Source of the DNA: Camelus dromedarius
Taxonomy: Eukaryota
Length of the DNA stretch: 64,000 nt
NCBI RefSeq assembly: GCF_036321535.1
Contig: NC_087436.1
Span: forward strand, 14,942,001 to 15,006,000
Direction of reading: 5' to 3'
Part shown: in pieces, positions 1 to 13,475 of the stretch
Layout of the letters: the number at the start of each line of letters is the position of its first letter
How positions within the stretch are numbered: the stretch's first letter is position 1
Made by a program: the position numbers and the translations under genes
Notes under the pieces: generated by a model
What the model was told of the DNA's origin: nothing
Databases searched by the model: none
Seen by the model: only the letters and a program-made list of their open reading frames with translations

Positions 1-419
1 GAAACTGGGATACTTGCCCAAAGCCACATAGCTAGGAAAGGGCAGAGCCCGGTGTGTTTGCAGGTCTTCTGAACTGAGTGAAGAATACAGTTCCCTCCAC
101 CCCATGGCAGCCCCACTCCCAGTTACCTAAATCTGGAATCCAGCCTTTTCCAAGAAGACTTAAGGCTTTGAATACTAGGATCGGAGCTTATTTCGTTCCC
201 CACTGCCTCTTCCTTTGGCCTTGACTGGATGCATCTTATTCTTTAGTCTCTTGGCCGGGAGAGGAAATAGACAGTGATGAGAGTGTTCCGAGACTTAATT
301 AACTAATGTCTTTAACATTCCGGCTGCCCTGGGCAAAGATTCTGTGCTACAGAATTCTCAGAACATTCTAGGGACAGACTCTAGCTTTTCAATTGCAAAA
401 ATCCTTTATTAAAAGCAAG

Positions 420-900
420 GCGGGTGATGGATGGAGAGGTCTCCTCCTCCTTTGCAGCTAGGCAGGGAGGAAAGATGGAAGAGCAGAGAGCAGACCCTGC
501 GGGAGGGAAGCTCCCTGCGAAGGTGAGCCGTGAGCGCCCAGCGCCCAGGCACCTGCAAGGAGGGGTGACTCCGCGGAGCCGCTCTGCTCAGGCTCCGTTT
601 CGCAAGGAGATGTATTCCTGGCGGCGCCACGTGACTGGTGGGTGACCTTGTTCGGGAGGCTTGTTTCCTCGTTGTGCAACAACATCGCGCCGGCTGGGGA
701 GCACCACCCACTGAGATTTGATGTCTCAGCCTCCGCGATAAACAAGGCTAAACGAATTAGCCAGGAAAAATAATTAATTGATTTTTATAGAGAGAATGTT
801 TTGCTTATCTCGTCTTGGTTAACAAAACGGAGACAATTCCGGAGCTGTCCTGGGCTTTGTTTTCCCCTTATTTTTCACAAATCGCCCACAATACGCTCAG
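420..900. promoter_or_regulatory. CpG-rich patch with E-box, followed by AT-rich homeobox/forkhead-like motifs; possible enhancer or weak promoter
   Basis: Many CpGs at 500-740; CACGTGAC at 628-635; ATAAACA and TAATTAATTG at ~737-781. Confidence 0.35.
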
Positions 901-2499
901 CTGAGAGATGTCCCGGCAGGGCTTGTACTGCAGATCACATCCGGAGCCTGCCTTTTTCAAGACCTCCGTGGAGGACGCTTTTTATTCGCCACTGAAGCCT
1001 GGGGATTACTTTGATACACTGGCCACTTGGCTTAACATCCTTTCTAACCAGAATCTTAATCCTGAATCACTGATTAATAAGAGTGGGGTGAAGGAGCCGG
1101 GGGGGAGCTGGGTGGTCACCGGGGTCAGGTCCCATATATCATGTGCAGGCTTAAGGGACATCCTTGAGCACTGAAAATGTGCCCTCAGATCTCTGGCTAG
1201 GGCGAGCACTGCCTCCAGAGGAGTGAGAGCAGGAGAGGGTGACTTCAGGGTGGCTGTTTCTGCCCAGCCGAAATTGCCTAAGGAAGGTGAAATTTTCATA
1301 TGATGAGGTTGAAAATGGCAAGTTTCCTGTTTCTGTTTATTCAGCCCAACAGTCTGGTCTGAACATGCAGGGGCCCTGAGATGTGCTGGCTGGCTGTATC
1401 ATCAACTGTCTGTGATGATTCTGCCCCAACCACACGGACCACAGGTCCCTGTGCTAGAGAGGGTCAGGGAGGACCGCTGCCCGGATCCAGGGCTGCTCAG
1501 CTGGGGGCCAGTGCTCAGGGAGGACTTTCCTCATTTAGCCACTGAAAGAGGTGGTTGACCCACTGCAGAAGGTGAAGCTGAGGGAGAGAGAGAGAGGGAG
1601 AGACAGAGGGAGACTTGGAGCAGAACTGCTTGAAATTTTGCAGGCCGTGGGACTCTAGAAAATTCCAGCTCAGTGGCCACGTGTGATTGCTTTTATGATT
1701 GGGTCCAAGTACGATGAGACCACCCACCCAATCTGCCTTTGCCAGGATCACATTCAGCTCCCGGAAGTCCAACTGCAGTGTCTCACCACGACTGTGTTTC
1801 CTGTTTTCATTATCAGATATGGTTTAGGAGCGTTTGTGGAAGGGTGTTCCCCTCTCTTCCATTCCCCCCACTGCCACCTGTTCCTCGTGGATGGAGGAAT
1901 TTCTGTGACAGGGAGTTCTGGGGACTCTGTCACAGCTTTCTGTCTGGGGCAAGTCGGAGCAAGGTGAGGTGCTGGGGATTCCAGCTTGGAATTCTGGGCC
2001 CACGCTTGTCTGAGGGGTCTGGGTGTGACGGCAGAGGTGTGCAGAGTTGGGGTGGGGTTCAGATGAACGACTCCTAGCCCCGAGCAGAGCCCAGGGACAG
2101 CTCAGTCCTGACCAACTTTGTCACTGACTCAGCACACACAGGCGACATGGGGCCCACTTTCTCTGGGTCTCTATTTTCTTGCCCATTAGAAATGATGGCT
2201 CCTCCTGGTTGGTCACCCCCATGAAGTCACTTTAGATCGATTTTGTAGAGCTGAGGCAGGATTGAGCCATGCCACTTGGCAGAATTGCTGGGGAAAACTC
2301 ACTCGACTTGCTAAAGACTGTTAGGGTGATGGGTCGGCCGGTCCTGTGGAGCATGACAGGACTTCAGAGCTGTGGTCTGGGGCATCCTGAAGTCCTCAGG
2401 GCTCTAGAAGGGAAGGCAGCTCAGCCTGTGGGCTGGGACTGCTCAGCAGATGACACGCCCTGCGGGCTCTGTGTGGAGCAGAGATGGTTCCAGCCAGTC

Positions 2500-2650
2500 C
2501 TCATCCGAACCACATGAGGTATAAGCTATTCTCCCCACTTTGCAGATGAGGACCCCTGGGGCATGATGGGGTTAAGGATCTTTCCTGTGAGGGCACTGTG
2601 AGCAGTAGGCAGGAGCAGGACTCGAACCCAGGAAGTTCAGTGTCAGAGCC
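2500..2650 (-). mobile_element. MIR SINE fragment
   Basis: ccccactttgcagatgagga...ggactcgaacccagg resembles the reverse of the MIR core. Confidence 0.7.
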
Positions 2651-4689
2651 AAATATATCTTCCTCCCCACCACCCCAGTAACTGGCCATGTGAACTCAGC
2701 TGAACAAAGCACTTACACGACACACTTCCTGTTTCTTCCTTAGTGAGTGGGGGCCACAGTGGCCCTACACTTACCCTACAGAGTCCTTCGGATGATCAGA
2801 TACATTTACGTGTGACAGTGCTTTGAAAAATACAACTTTCTATTATAACAGCAGGTACTATCAATATTAGATAGACTGAGGGTATTATTTACTCTACAAA
2901 AGAGTCATTTGCCTTACAAAGAGATTCCTTAACATTTAAACGCTTGCTTAACAGAAAATTAATTGGGGAATAAGGCCAAGGGAATGCACTATTAATGTAT
3001 TGTTAAAATATTAAGCTAATAAACCAGAGATCAAGGTTTCTGAAATGATCACCGAAGGCAGCAGGTTGAAGTTAAAAATTCAATTCATATCTCTCCATGG
3101 CTGAAAGCAAGGGACACCTCTAAATGTATCTTCCCCAGAATTATTATTGATGAAAACAGAAGTTTCTCTGTTGTTTTGTTATACATAAATATTTTATTTT
3201 TCCTTTCCTCCAATTTGTTTTCAATGCCTGCTTCTCAAGAACAATTTCTATTCAGAAAATGTCCGATGGGCTTCTCCCCCTCACACTTGGCTTTGTTCTC
3301 ACTAGTCCTTGTCCTGGGTCCTAAATCTGGGTCCCTGATAAGCAGGACTGTGCTAAGGTGAAGTAGCTGGAGTAACAAGATTGAAAGCCTCTAATTCTTT
3401 CACTCCACCTCCTAATATTAAGGCCAGAAATCCAGAACAGAGATTAGACCCTGGATTTCTAGCTCTGTGAGAGCAAGTAAAGATGGTGTGAGAGACAGAC
3501 TTTTTAGGGGAAATCATAAGTGACATATAAATGAATAGAATGGATTATGGACAGAGATGACTGCTAAGTTCCATCCAGTCGATTAGTATGACTATCTGGA
3601 AACCTCTGCTAAGAAGGACTCTGAAGTCTTATTTGGGTGCATCAGGAAAGATTGGTGAGTAATGTCTGCTGTGGGCAAGGAGTGAGAAGGAGCAACACTG
3701 TGCCATCTCTGTCTAAGACAATGGCCAAGGGGTAGGAAGGGCTGGAAGAAAAGAAGAGCGAATAGATTTCTCAGAACTCCCCTAGAAATGTGCAAATAAC
3801 TGGCCGAATATGGTGTTTCCAAATAATTATTGTTTCCCAAACTTTCCTCCTCCAACCCCCACTTTCCATATTCCCCCGGCAAAACAACACATCATACAAT
3901 TTTTTTATAACTTGTTTCCTTGTCCTTATTGCATCTTCGATCTCCCTCTCACTGTTACCTTCAATCCTGTGAACGCCTTGAAAATTCTCTCTGGCTCTTG
4001 GATGTTCCTTATTTTGTCTCCTCCCACCTCAAATTTCATAGTGTGTGGATGTATGTAAGATTTTTGTTAAACAGTTTAATTTTCATGTAATCATTTGATT
4101 TGTATTAACTGTGATTTACCCTCCTTCCCAGCCTAGATTTTTTCATCTGTGGGCACTGAGGCCCTAGGGGGAATATACTGTGCCTGCCGGGTGATGTTCT
4201 TTTTCTGGCAGTTTGGAGCAGCTGCCCGGGCTGTCTGCCCAGGTCCCCTCACTCAGTCCCCAGATGCTGGGAGGGTTGGTGGCTGATGGCTCTTAACTCC
4301 ATGCTGGAGGGCGCCGGCTTCTTTCCACAGCCATTAGTGAAGATGATGGCTTGGATAGAGAGGGTGACATGGGTTCCTCTCAGGTTCCTGTTTGTCCTCC
4401 TTTCCCCACTTCACTTCCATCTTCTCTATTGATTGCCCATCTTTGGAACTTCAGCTCCAACCATCAGACAGAAACAACAGTCTTACACCAACTGTGTAAA
4501 AGTTCCCACAATAGCATAAAGTCAACTCCCTTTAATAAATAAATAAATATCTTCTCTAGCTCCCTCTTCTTAATTTTAACAGCTATAAATACTATCTATA
4601 TTATCTCTCAATCCAACCCTCCATCTTTCTATCCACTTACCCATCCTAGGGCTTCATCGTCTGTAATCAAACTTTGAATGATGTAGTCA

Positions 4690-4985
4690 CCTTCTAGGAA
4701 TTGCCCTCAGCTGAAGGGAGCTGCTGAGCCCAAGGTGACACCCTCACCCCACACTCAATGACTAGTTGACATAAGGATCTAAGGGCCCAACCCTCTTGCT
4801 TCATGATGGGGCAACTCTAAAGGACCTTCTAGCTCTTAAGCTCACTGTGGGGTTGACTGAAGTCTAACATCACAGTCCAGTGTCTCCATCTGCCCAGTCT
4901 TTCTTTCTTCACACACACACACACCCCAACCTCCCTGCAGACTGATGCCCAGGGCACTCCCAATAAACTTCCTGCATGCAGAGAA
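4690..4985 (+). mobile_element. ERVL LTR fragment, LTR16-like
   Basis: ggaattgccctcagctgaagggagctgc...cccaataaacttcctgcatgc resembles LTR16 (recall). Confidence 0.6.
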
Positions 4986-5039
4986 GGATTTCTACTTCCT
5001 TCCTGCATGCCAACTACATGCTTCCTTCAGTACCATTCC

Positions 5040-6450
5040 TTTCAGGTGAACAAATTTTTACTTAGCATGTACTTGGGGGCCAGGCACTGTGCTAGACACT
5101 GAAAGGACAAAAATGAGTAAGATTCTGTTGCTGCCCCAAGAAAGCATGTATCTAATGGCATTGGCAGAAATATGAGCAGAGAGTTTCCAAATCCAGGCAT
5201 GCCCAGGATGCTGCAGCAGTACCATGGAGCCTCAGGAGTTCAAGAAGGGTTTCCTGGTATGCCTGAGTAGAGTCTGGAGGGATGAGTAAAAGTTAGCCAG
5301 GAGAGGGGGAGGTACATTCCAGATGGAGGGACAGCAAGAACAAAGACACGGGGCCCTGAGAGCACAGAGAGTGCCCCTTGGTGCAATCAGAGAGTCATGT
5401 ATGCATGGCTGTTATGATATGATAAAAGAGGGGAAGACAGACCAAGGAACTTGGACTTTATTTTAGGCGCAGTGGAGAACCATTGAAAGGGTTTCAGCAG
5501 AGGGGCGACATAGTCAGATTTCCATTCAGATGCATTGCTCTGGTGACTTTAAGGGAGTGCGGTGGATATATTGGTGTTACTCATCTGTTCCAGCCTTGTT
5601 CCAGGGGTGGGGGGGGGCTCCCCCTCTGCACTTCTGAGTGGCTAAAAAGCTACAAGCTACACTTCTAAGACTCCACTGCAGCTGGGATTCTGGATATGAC
5701 TTAGGTGTCCCCAGTCAGAAGTATTTGTCCAAGATCTGGGAGGTAGAAGCCAGGCGGGGGCTGGAACTCTGCTGGTCATGCTACAGCTCGAACGTGGAGG
5801 GGTTGGGGTTTCCCGATCACAGTTGATTCCGATTGTGGCTGTTTCCTAATCACCTTGGCTGCCTGGTCGCGCTGGCATCCTGATCACGGCAGCAGAGCTG
5901 TGGTTCTGGAGCTGGCGGCTGAAGCACAAGCTTCTCTATTTGGCAAAGCAACTTCCTGATTGTAAAAGAGGTGGTAGTTCCCTTGCTCTCCAGGTTCTGC
6001 GGTGGAGCTCCAAAGCCATTTTCAAAAGGGCAGCCTATTTTATTAGCTTTTCTAATGATTCTGCAAGCCACTTGCCCTCGCGCAAATCACCTTCTGCCCA
6101 GATTGGATGGAGTGGATACTGTTCTCTGTACCCAAATCCTGACTGATACCCGGGCAAGACTAAAGGCCTGAGGGAGACGTGTCACAGAGCTGTGACAAGT
6201 GTCCAGGCTGATGATAAAGAGAGATGTGGGCCCAAAGAGGAAGGAACACCTTAGAAAAACATTTGGGAGATAAAATTAGCGGTACTTGGTGATTAGTTGG
6301 TGTCAGGGGTGGGAAGAGAGAAAGAACGAATTGCTACAATGACTCAGTTTTCTGACTTGAATCGGTTGGACAGGAGTCCTGATAACTAAGACTGGGACTT
6401 TTGGGGAGAAGCAGAATTGGGAGTAAAATGAGAAGTTCAGGGGTCTATGA
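5040..6450 (-). mobile_element. L2 LINE relic interrupted by an LTR
   Basis: tacttagcatgtact...ccaggcactgtgctag and ggagaaccattgaaagggtttcagcagagg are L2-like. Confidence 0.6.
5558..6150 (+). mobile_element. ERVL solo LTR, LTR33-like
   Basis: agctacacttctaagactccactgcagctggg and 3' end ctctgtacccaaatcctgactgatac. Confidence 0.55.
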
Positions 6451-6770
6451 GGAATTCAAGTAAGACCTTTTCTGCTTTAAAAAAAATACAATCAGCTACA
6501 AATGGACACATGATTACATAATTATTTATTAAAATCCGTTCCTTTCTAAATCTGTGAATTCCATGACGGTCGCAACTGCATCCTGTTGGTTATACCCAGC
6601 ACAGTCTGGCCCAGAGTAGGTGTCAGTAGACATCTGTTGAATGTGAAAAAGTGAGTTGGAGATTTAAAATCATAGTGATCATCCTCGCACCATCAGGATG
6701 AGCAGTCTGCACTGCTGCTGTGAGTAGTAATTAGACCCTCAGCCAGATTGTTCTTGGTGATGGTGGTGAT

Positions 6771-7609
6771 GATGATGATGATGTGTTTGACCAGGAACAT
6801 CTCTAGGGTTAGAAAATCAAGCCAGAAGAGGAGAATTTCATCAGCCTTCTCCCCAAACTCAGGAAAAAAAAAAAAAAGGCCAGAATCTCCTACTTCAATC
6901 AAATTGTACTTCTGTTACATATTCATGAAGTGCCAATAGTGCAGTCGGCCTATTAGGCGGTTCTCCCAGGTGCTTCGCAAATGGAAAGACTTCTGTTGAT
7001 CTGTCATATACTTAGTGCAATTGCCAGCTCTTGTAAATCAAAGCCAAAGTCGACTCCAGCAACTCAGAGGGAAGCGTGCCCTCAGCCAGACTGATTTCCC
7101 GCAGCTGCGCGCTGAGCACGGCAGCCTCATGTGCGACGTGGTGATTAAGCCAGGCTGTGATTGGGGCAGGTGCTGCCCCTGCCTGTTTCGCCCTTTCCCT
7201 CCTCTATCGGGCATTTGCTGTGCACACACAGCCTCCATTGTGGGTGCTTGAGAGGCGATTCTCTGACTCATCAGACATGATGGACCCCCCCACCTTTTTT
7301 TAATAGTAGTACTGGGGATTGACCTTGTGCATGCTAAGCATGTGCTCTACCACTGAGATATACCCTCCCCCGATCTACGATAGGCCTTTTAAAAATGACT
7401 TATTATGCCTTTTTAACTTCCTGAAGTGCAATTCATAGATTCTATAACCTATAAACATACATGATTTCAAATAATCAGTATCTTGCCTAATGGTGACACC
7501 GAGGCAGTCAGAAAAACCGCTTGAGGATGATGATGTGCTTGACCAAGAATGGCTGGAAAATCAAGCCAGAGGTGCAGATTCATCAGCATTCTCCCCAAGT
7601 CCAGAAAAA
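6771..7609 (+). repeat. Short diverged direct duplication, 6771-6866 vs 7526-7609
   Basis: Both read gatgatgatgtgYttgaccaRgaa...gaaaatcaagccaga...ttcatcagcMttctccccaa. Confidence 0.8.
7295..7371 (-). mobile_element. tRNA-derived SINE (vic-1-like, camelid), short copy with 8-nt internal deletion
   Basis: Reverse of ggggagggtata..tcagtggtagagc..atgcttagcatgcacaagg. Confidence 0.85.
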
Positions 7610-7905
7610 TAGCCATATACATAGAATGTAATATATAATATATAAGGAAGGTCACGCACAATAAAATGACATAAATCTCAACACGCAAATGACCACATGG
7701 CTAGGCATGAGGAAGTGCTCAATGCTTGCACCCGTGTGAAATCCCCATGAACACACCAGCTACAAATGAAGACTGAGGGACGTTACGTGGATGTCTCAGA
7801 AACGAGTTGGGGGGGGGGTGCTTCAATTTTAAAAGTATGTAACACTTTTTTCTCTCTCTCCAACTAGAATATAAACTCCATGAAGTCCAAAATTAACTCT
7901 TATAA

Positions 7906-8065
7906 GGGGGAAGGTATAGCTGAGTGATAGAGCGCATACTTAGCATGCACGAGGTCCTGGAATAAATCCCCACTAACTCCAATAAATGAATGAATGAATA
8001 AATGAATGAATGAATGAATGAATAAATCTAATTACCTCCCTTCTCTCACCCTCAAATAGAATAAA
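7906..8065 (+). mobile_element. tRNA-derived SINE (vic-1-like) with (TGAA)n expansion
   Basis: ggggaaggtatagctgagtgatagagcgcatacttagcatgcacgaggtcctgg...ctaattacctccc. Confidence 0.9.
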
Positions 8066-8329
8066 GTAGTTGCTTGGTAAACATTGTTTTAAAAATAACA
8101 ATAAGTGGAATCACTGTCAGTGATGCAATTGTCCTTTGATGAAGTTCCAAATAAAATAAAGAGCAGTCTTCCCTTGATGTACCCAGCAGTGGCCTTCTTT
8201 GGCAATCAAGTGTATGGTAAACTGTAAACAAAATCAAAACCCTCAAAGCCCCAAAACTTTGTGTTAAGCTTCTAGGCGCAGATGATTGAAAGCAGATTGT
8301 TCATCTCTATAGTTATCCAGTGGGCCAGA

Positions 8330-8497
8330 CAGAGCTTTGTAGGAGGCAGACAGCTCTTTACCGTGAAAGCAGCCTTGGGCAGTGGTCCACTCAATGCCAG
8401 TAGCCATCTACTCGTGACCACCAAGAAAACATCCCTCCCCAAATTTCCAAATGCCCCTGAGGGGGCAGTACCAGCCCCATGGAGAACCACAGCACTC
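8330..8497. mobile_element. hAT-Charlie DNA transposon relic (MER20-like)
   Basis: ccaaatgcccctgagggggcag...gagaaccac terminal-like sequence. Confidence 0.5.
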
Positions 8498-8869
8498 CAG
8501 AGGGAGCTCCCCGTCAATGACTCCATTCAGTAGACTTGAAACAAATGTGGGGCATGGGATGGGGCTTAAGGGTTAGGAGGACAACAGAAAATTGCCGTGT
8601 TATGAATCCTGCAACCCAGGCACTAAAGTTAGTATAGTTGGAATTTATACAGCATGCATTTTGCAGGGGGTTCTCCTCTGTTAAACTCATAAATAAACAG
8701 CAATGGGAGCTCAGTTACCATCATCTCTTCTGGTTCTTTGTAGCTTATACCTGGGAGAGTAGTTCAGCCTAATGACTTGAAGTCACTATCTGGTCTGAAG
8801 TAGCCAAGTAAAAAGATCAGTAAAAGTGAGATCATATATCCAAACATTTTGCAGCAGGCATTTTATTAG

Positions 8870-9090
8870 AGATTAAGGAGTAACTTCTTTGGTTCAAATC
8901 CTAGCCCTGCCACTTACTAGCTGTGTGACCTTGGGTAAGTTACTTAGCATCTCTGTGCCTCAGCAAGAGAAACAATGCTTCTGTTACATATTGCCAAATA
9001 TATCATAGAGTCATGAGAATTAAGTCAGATCATATTGTAGAGTCCTTAGAATTGTACCTGGCATATATCATAAAATATCTGAATAAATAC
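8870..9090 (+). mobile_element. MIR SINE
   Basis: ggttcaaatcctagccctgccacttactagctgtgtgaccttgggtaagttactta matches the MIR core. Confidence 0.9.
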
Positions 9091-9471
9091 ATTTTTAAAA
9101 CAATGAGACAGTCACAAGCTTAAAAAAAGTATCAGGATAAATGAGGTATCATAAGCAATATAAAGGGTGGCAGATCAACAGCACAACAAGGAAAGAGACA
9201 TCGCGAAGCCGTTCAAGACTGACTTGTCAAATTTGGAGGAGAGTTGGATCCCACATGGATTTGCGAGGGAGGTTAGAATTGTCCCTGGTTGCCACGTGCT
9301 GGATAAAAATGGGGGCTCTGTTACAAATGAAGGAGAATGGATATTGAGGTTTAACCTGAAATCTGCCAGAAAAATCCGTAGGAAAGGCATCATTATCCTC
9401 ATTATAAAGGATTTTTAAAAAAGAAGGTGCAATTCTCAAGATGACGGATTGAGCACATCTCCTCCCTCCTG

Positions 9472-9513
9472 ACACACACACACACACACACACACTCACA
9501 CACACACACACAC
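9472..9513. repeat. (CA)n microsatellite
   Basis: Directly visible. Confidence 0.95.
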
Positions 9514-10519
9514 AAATAGTAAAGGAAAAAAAGCATAAACTCATAATAGCAAAGAGCATGGAAAGGGGACACTGTCAGTGGATGAGTAGTTTTAGCAAAT
9601 TTCTGGCAGCCAAAAAGTGCATGTGAGAAACTTTGATGGTGCTTGCAGTAAAGGATGAAGTCAGTCTACCCAGCAGAACCTGGGCAGGTTGTGAGCCTGA
9701 GTTGGCAGGTAAGACAGAAAGGAGGACTGAGAACTAGAACTGAAAGAGAGGGACTGATTAAAAGTCTGTATATAAAACGATTGCAGCCCACTCCCACCTC
9801 CTACTCCCGTGCCCCATACCCAGAATGCATGACAGCCAGGAAATGATCACCACCACCAAAAAAAAAAAAAAAAAAAATTAATATCAATCCCTAAAGAAAT
9901 TAAACAAATGGTCTAAGAAGAATTTGGACAGCTGTTATGGTTATTGGTACCCCAGGATATAATCCTTCTTATTCTTTTTTTCAGAAGTCTCCAGAACAAC
10001 AGTCAGTTCCCGATCTATTTGCATTGGAGCGAAGTCCACCGTTCAACAAACTCTGTGCACTCACAGCTCCTAATGACTAACTCCTCATTCTTAAATATCA
10101 ATGGACAATCAGGGTTACAAATAACAACCTGAAAATGTCACCCTGAAGAAACAGAAATCATTCAAGAGCAGAAGAGAACTTTACAAATAATTCTTAGTAT
10201 CTTTCTTCACAATAAAGAGACTGTGTGATTTATCCAATCTGGGCAATTGTTTTTAAGTTAAAAAATATCTTTATTAAAGTGGTTTCTTAAGTATTAAAGT
10301 AAATAAATTTGAATGTATTCAACACAGACAAGAAACTTGCCTTAAATGAAAAATACTTGCATAAGTTTTAATAAATATAAATAAAATTCTTCCCTTGTAC
10401 CTGCCACAGAGTAAGAATTAAATATATGGTAGCTCTTGAATGTTTAATTGAATTACAAATACCCTAGTTGCTATTGTACCCTATAGTTCTACATTCTTCT
10501 TCTCATTTCACTTTTAAAG

Positions 10520-11914
10520 TTTTTAAATTTTTTATTGAATATGGTTGATACACAATGTTTCACGTGTTCAGCAAAGTGATTCAGTTATATATATATATAT
10601 TTTTTTTTCAGATTCTTTTCCATGATAGGCTATTACAAGCTATTGAATATAGTTCTCTGTGCTATACAATAGATCCATGTTATTTATCTGTTATATGTAT
10701 AGTAGAGTATATCTGTTAATCCCAAATTCCAAATTTATCCCTCCCTACCTCTTTCTTCTTTGTTAATGATAAGTTTGTTTTCTATGTCTGTGAGTCTATT
10801 TCTGTTTTGTAAGTAAGTTCTTTTGTATCATATTTTAAAGATTCTACATATAAGTAATATCATATGATATTTGTCTTTCTCTGACTTAGTATGATAATCT
10901 CTAGGTCCATCTATGTTGCTGCAAATGGCTTTATTTCATTCTTTTTTATGGCTGAGTAGTATTTCATGAGTATACACATATATATGTACACCACATCTTC
11001 TTTATCCATTCATCTGTTGGTGGACATTTAGGCTGTTTTCATGTCTTGGCTATTGTAAATAGTGCTGCTGTGAACATTGGGGTGTATGTATCTTTTTGAA
11101 TTAGGATTTTTGTCTTTTCTGGATATATGCCCAGGAGTGGGATTGCTGGATTGTATGGTAATTTTATTTTTAGTTTTTAAAGGAACCTCCATATTAATCT
11201 ACAACAAAGGAGACAAGAATATACAATGGAGAAAAGACAGCCTTTTCAATAAGTGGTGCTGGGAAAACTGGGCAGCTACATGTTAAAGAATGAAATTAGA
11301 ACATTGTCTAACACTATTTATAAACATAAACATAAACTCAAAAAGGATTAAAGACCTAAATGTAATGCTGAATACTATAAAACTCCTAGAGGAAAACATA
11401 GGCAAGGCACTCTTTGACACAAATTGCAGCAATATTTTTTGGATCCTTCTCCTAGAGTAATGGAAACAAAAGCAAAAATAAATTAATGGGACCTAATTAA
11501 ACTTAAAAGCTTTTGCACAGTGAGGGAAACCATAAACAAAACAAAAAGACAATCTATGGAATGGCAGAAAGTATTTGCAACCAACAAGGGCTTAATTTCT
11601 AAAGTACACAAACAGCTCATACAACTCAATATCAAAAAAACAAACAACCCAGTGAAAAAAATGGGCAGGAGACCTAAATGGACATTTCTCCAAAGAAGAC
11701 ATCCAGATGGCCAACAGACACATGAAAAGATGCTCAATATTGCTAATTATTAGAGAAATACAAAGCAAAACTACAATGAAGTTTCACCTCACACCAGTCA
11801 GAATGGCCATCATCAAAAAGTGTGCAAATAATAAATGTTGGAGAGGGTGTAGAGAAAAGGAACCCTCCTACACTGTCGGTGGGAATGCAAATTGGTGCAG
11901 CCGCTGTGGATAAC
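10520..11914 (-). mobile_element. 5'-truncated L1 with 5' inversion (10520-11193 on minus, 11194-11914 on plus)
   Basis: ORF2 peptides [34 protein letters not shown] on plus; L1 3'UTR and T-rich tail on minus. Confidence 0.9.
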
Positions 11915-12012
11915 CTGAGACGGTTCTGAAAGTGATATGGGGAGCTGTTGATAATTATGCCAGGACAACAGGTATAAATCATGACCATCTGCCACAAACC
12001 AAGATATACAAT

Positions 12013-12258
12013 CGTTATCGGCTGAATGTTTGTGTCTCCTCAAAACTTGTACGTAGAAACCCTAATTCCCCATGTGATGGTCCTAGGAGGTGGGACCTCT
12101 GGAAGGTGATTAGTTCATGAGGGTGGAGCTCTCGCCCGATGCTGAATCTACCGGCACCTTGATCTTGGACACCCCAGCCTCCAGAACTGTCAGAAATACG
12201 CTTGTTGTTTAAACCCCCAGTCTATGGCATTTTTGTTATAGCAGCAGTGACTAAGACA
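12013..12258 (+). mobile_element. MaLR solo LTR, MLT1A-like, internally deleted
   Basis: ctgaatgtttgtgtctcctcaaaa...ggcaccttgatcttggac...gttatagcagcagtgactaagaca. Confidence 0.85.
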
Positions 12259-13324
12259 TTCACCCTACTCCAGGAAGCTTTGGAGAGGTATTGCACAGAT
12301 ACAGGAGAACCAAATGCTAAGAAAAAGGGAACAATTCAAACAGGAAAGAATTCTCAGAAATTAGAAAATACGATTGCCAAATTAAATGTTTAATGGAAAT
12401 GATAGAATATAAAGTTGAGAAAATCTCCTAGAACACAGAGGAAAAAGAGAATAAGATGAAACATATGAAGAAAAAAGACACAGAAGATCAGTTACAGAGT
12501 TCTGCAGCTGCCTTTTAGGAGTTCAAATCAGAGAACAATGAAAACACAAAGGGAAAATAACCAAGGAAATAGTAGAAGAAAAGGCTCAGAATTTTCAAAA
12601 CAAAAAGGCTACCAAATCCCAGCAAGAAAAAAGAAACAATTCTTTGGCTTAGACACACTCACTGCAAGATTTCAGAACACTGGGGATCAGAAATGTCTAA
12701 GAGTTTCCAAAGAGAAAAAAATAAGTCCTCGAAAAAGAAAGAGACTCTAACTTGGCATAGATTTCAAATGCAAAACTACAGATGCCAAAATGCAGTAAAG
12801 TTTTTAAAAGTTCTGAGAACAAATTACTTTAAAACTAGAATTCCATATTAAGCCAAACAAACATTTAAATATCACCTAATAAAGGCAGTTTCAGATATTA
12901 CAGAATAAATGAAGTTTACTTCTATAGATCCTTTCTGAGGAAGTGACTTGAAGCAAAACTAAGGCAAACTCCCAGAAAAGGGAGAGTTTTTAATATAAGA
13001 AATAATAAAATTCACCCAGAAAAGTCCTGGATTTTATCAGCCGACCTAGCAAGCAATTTGTCCACCTTAATACAGAACATCAATGGACTCTAAGAAAACA
13101 CATTCTCAAGAAGAATGGAGTGGGCCCCATGAAATGAGTAGAAAGAGTTAAAAGCTGAATATGATAAAGAAGGTATATATTTCTTCTACCAACAAGATAA
13201 AAGACCTTCAGAAACTCAAGGAAAAACAAAACATACAAATAAGTCACTGTCCAAACAGGAACTAAACTAAAATGTGGCTTTATTTTGAACAATTGGATGA
13301 GTATGAGAAAAAAGAATATTTTTT

Positions 13325-13475
13325 CTTTTATTTTTAATTGAGGTATAGTCGGGTTACAACGTGTTAATTTCTGGTGTATAACACAATGAATCAGTGATAC
13401 ATATATATTCCTTTTCATATTCTTTTTCATCATAGGCTGTGACAAGGTATTGAATGTAGTTCTCTGTGCTCTACT
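13325..13475 (-). mobile_element. L1 3'-end fragment
   Basis: ttaattgaggtatagtc...gtattgaatgtagttctctgtgct; same tail as the 60750 copy. Confidence 0.85.

Larger units (their letters stand above)
10218..12267 (-). mobile_element. hAT-Blackjack/MER94-like DNA transposon split by an L1 and an MLT1
   Basis: 11915-12010 ataattatgccaggacaacaggtataaa and terminal ttcacccta at 12259-12267 resemble the Blackjack/MER94 end. Confidence 0.5.

Noticed and set aside
11077..11913. ORFs with real protein similarity
   Set aside because: Fragmented L1 ORF2, not a host gene.
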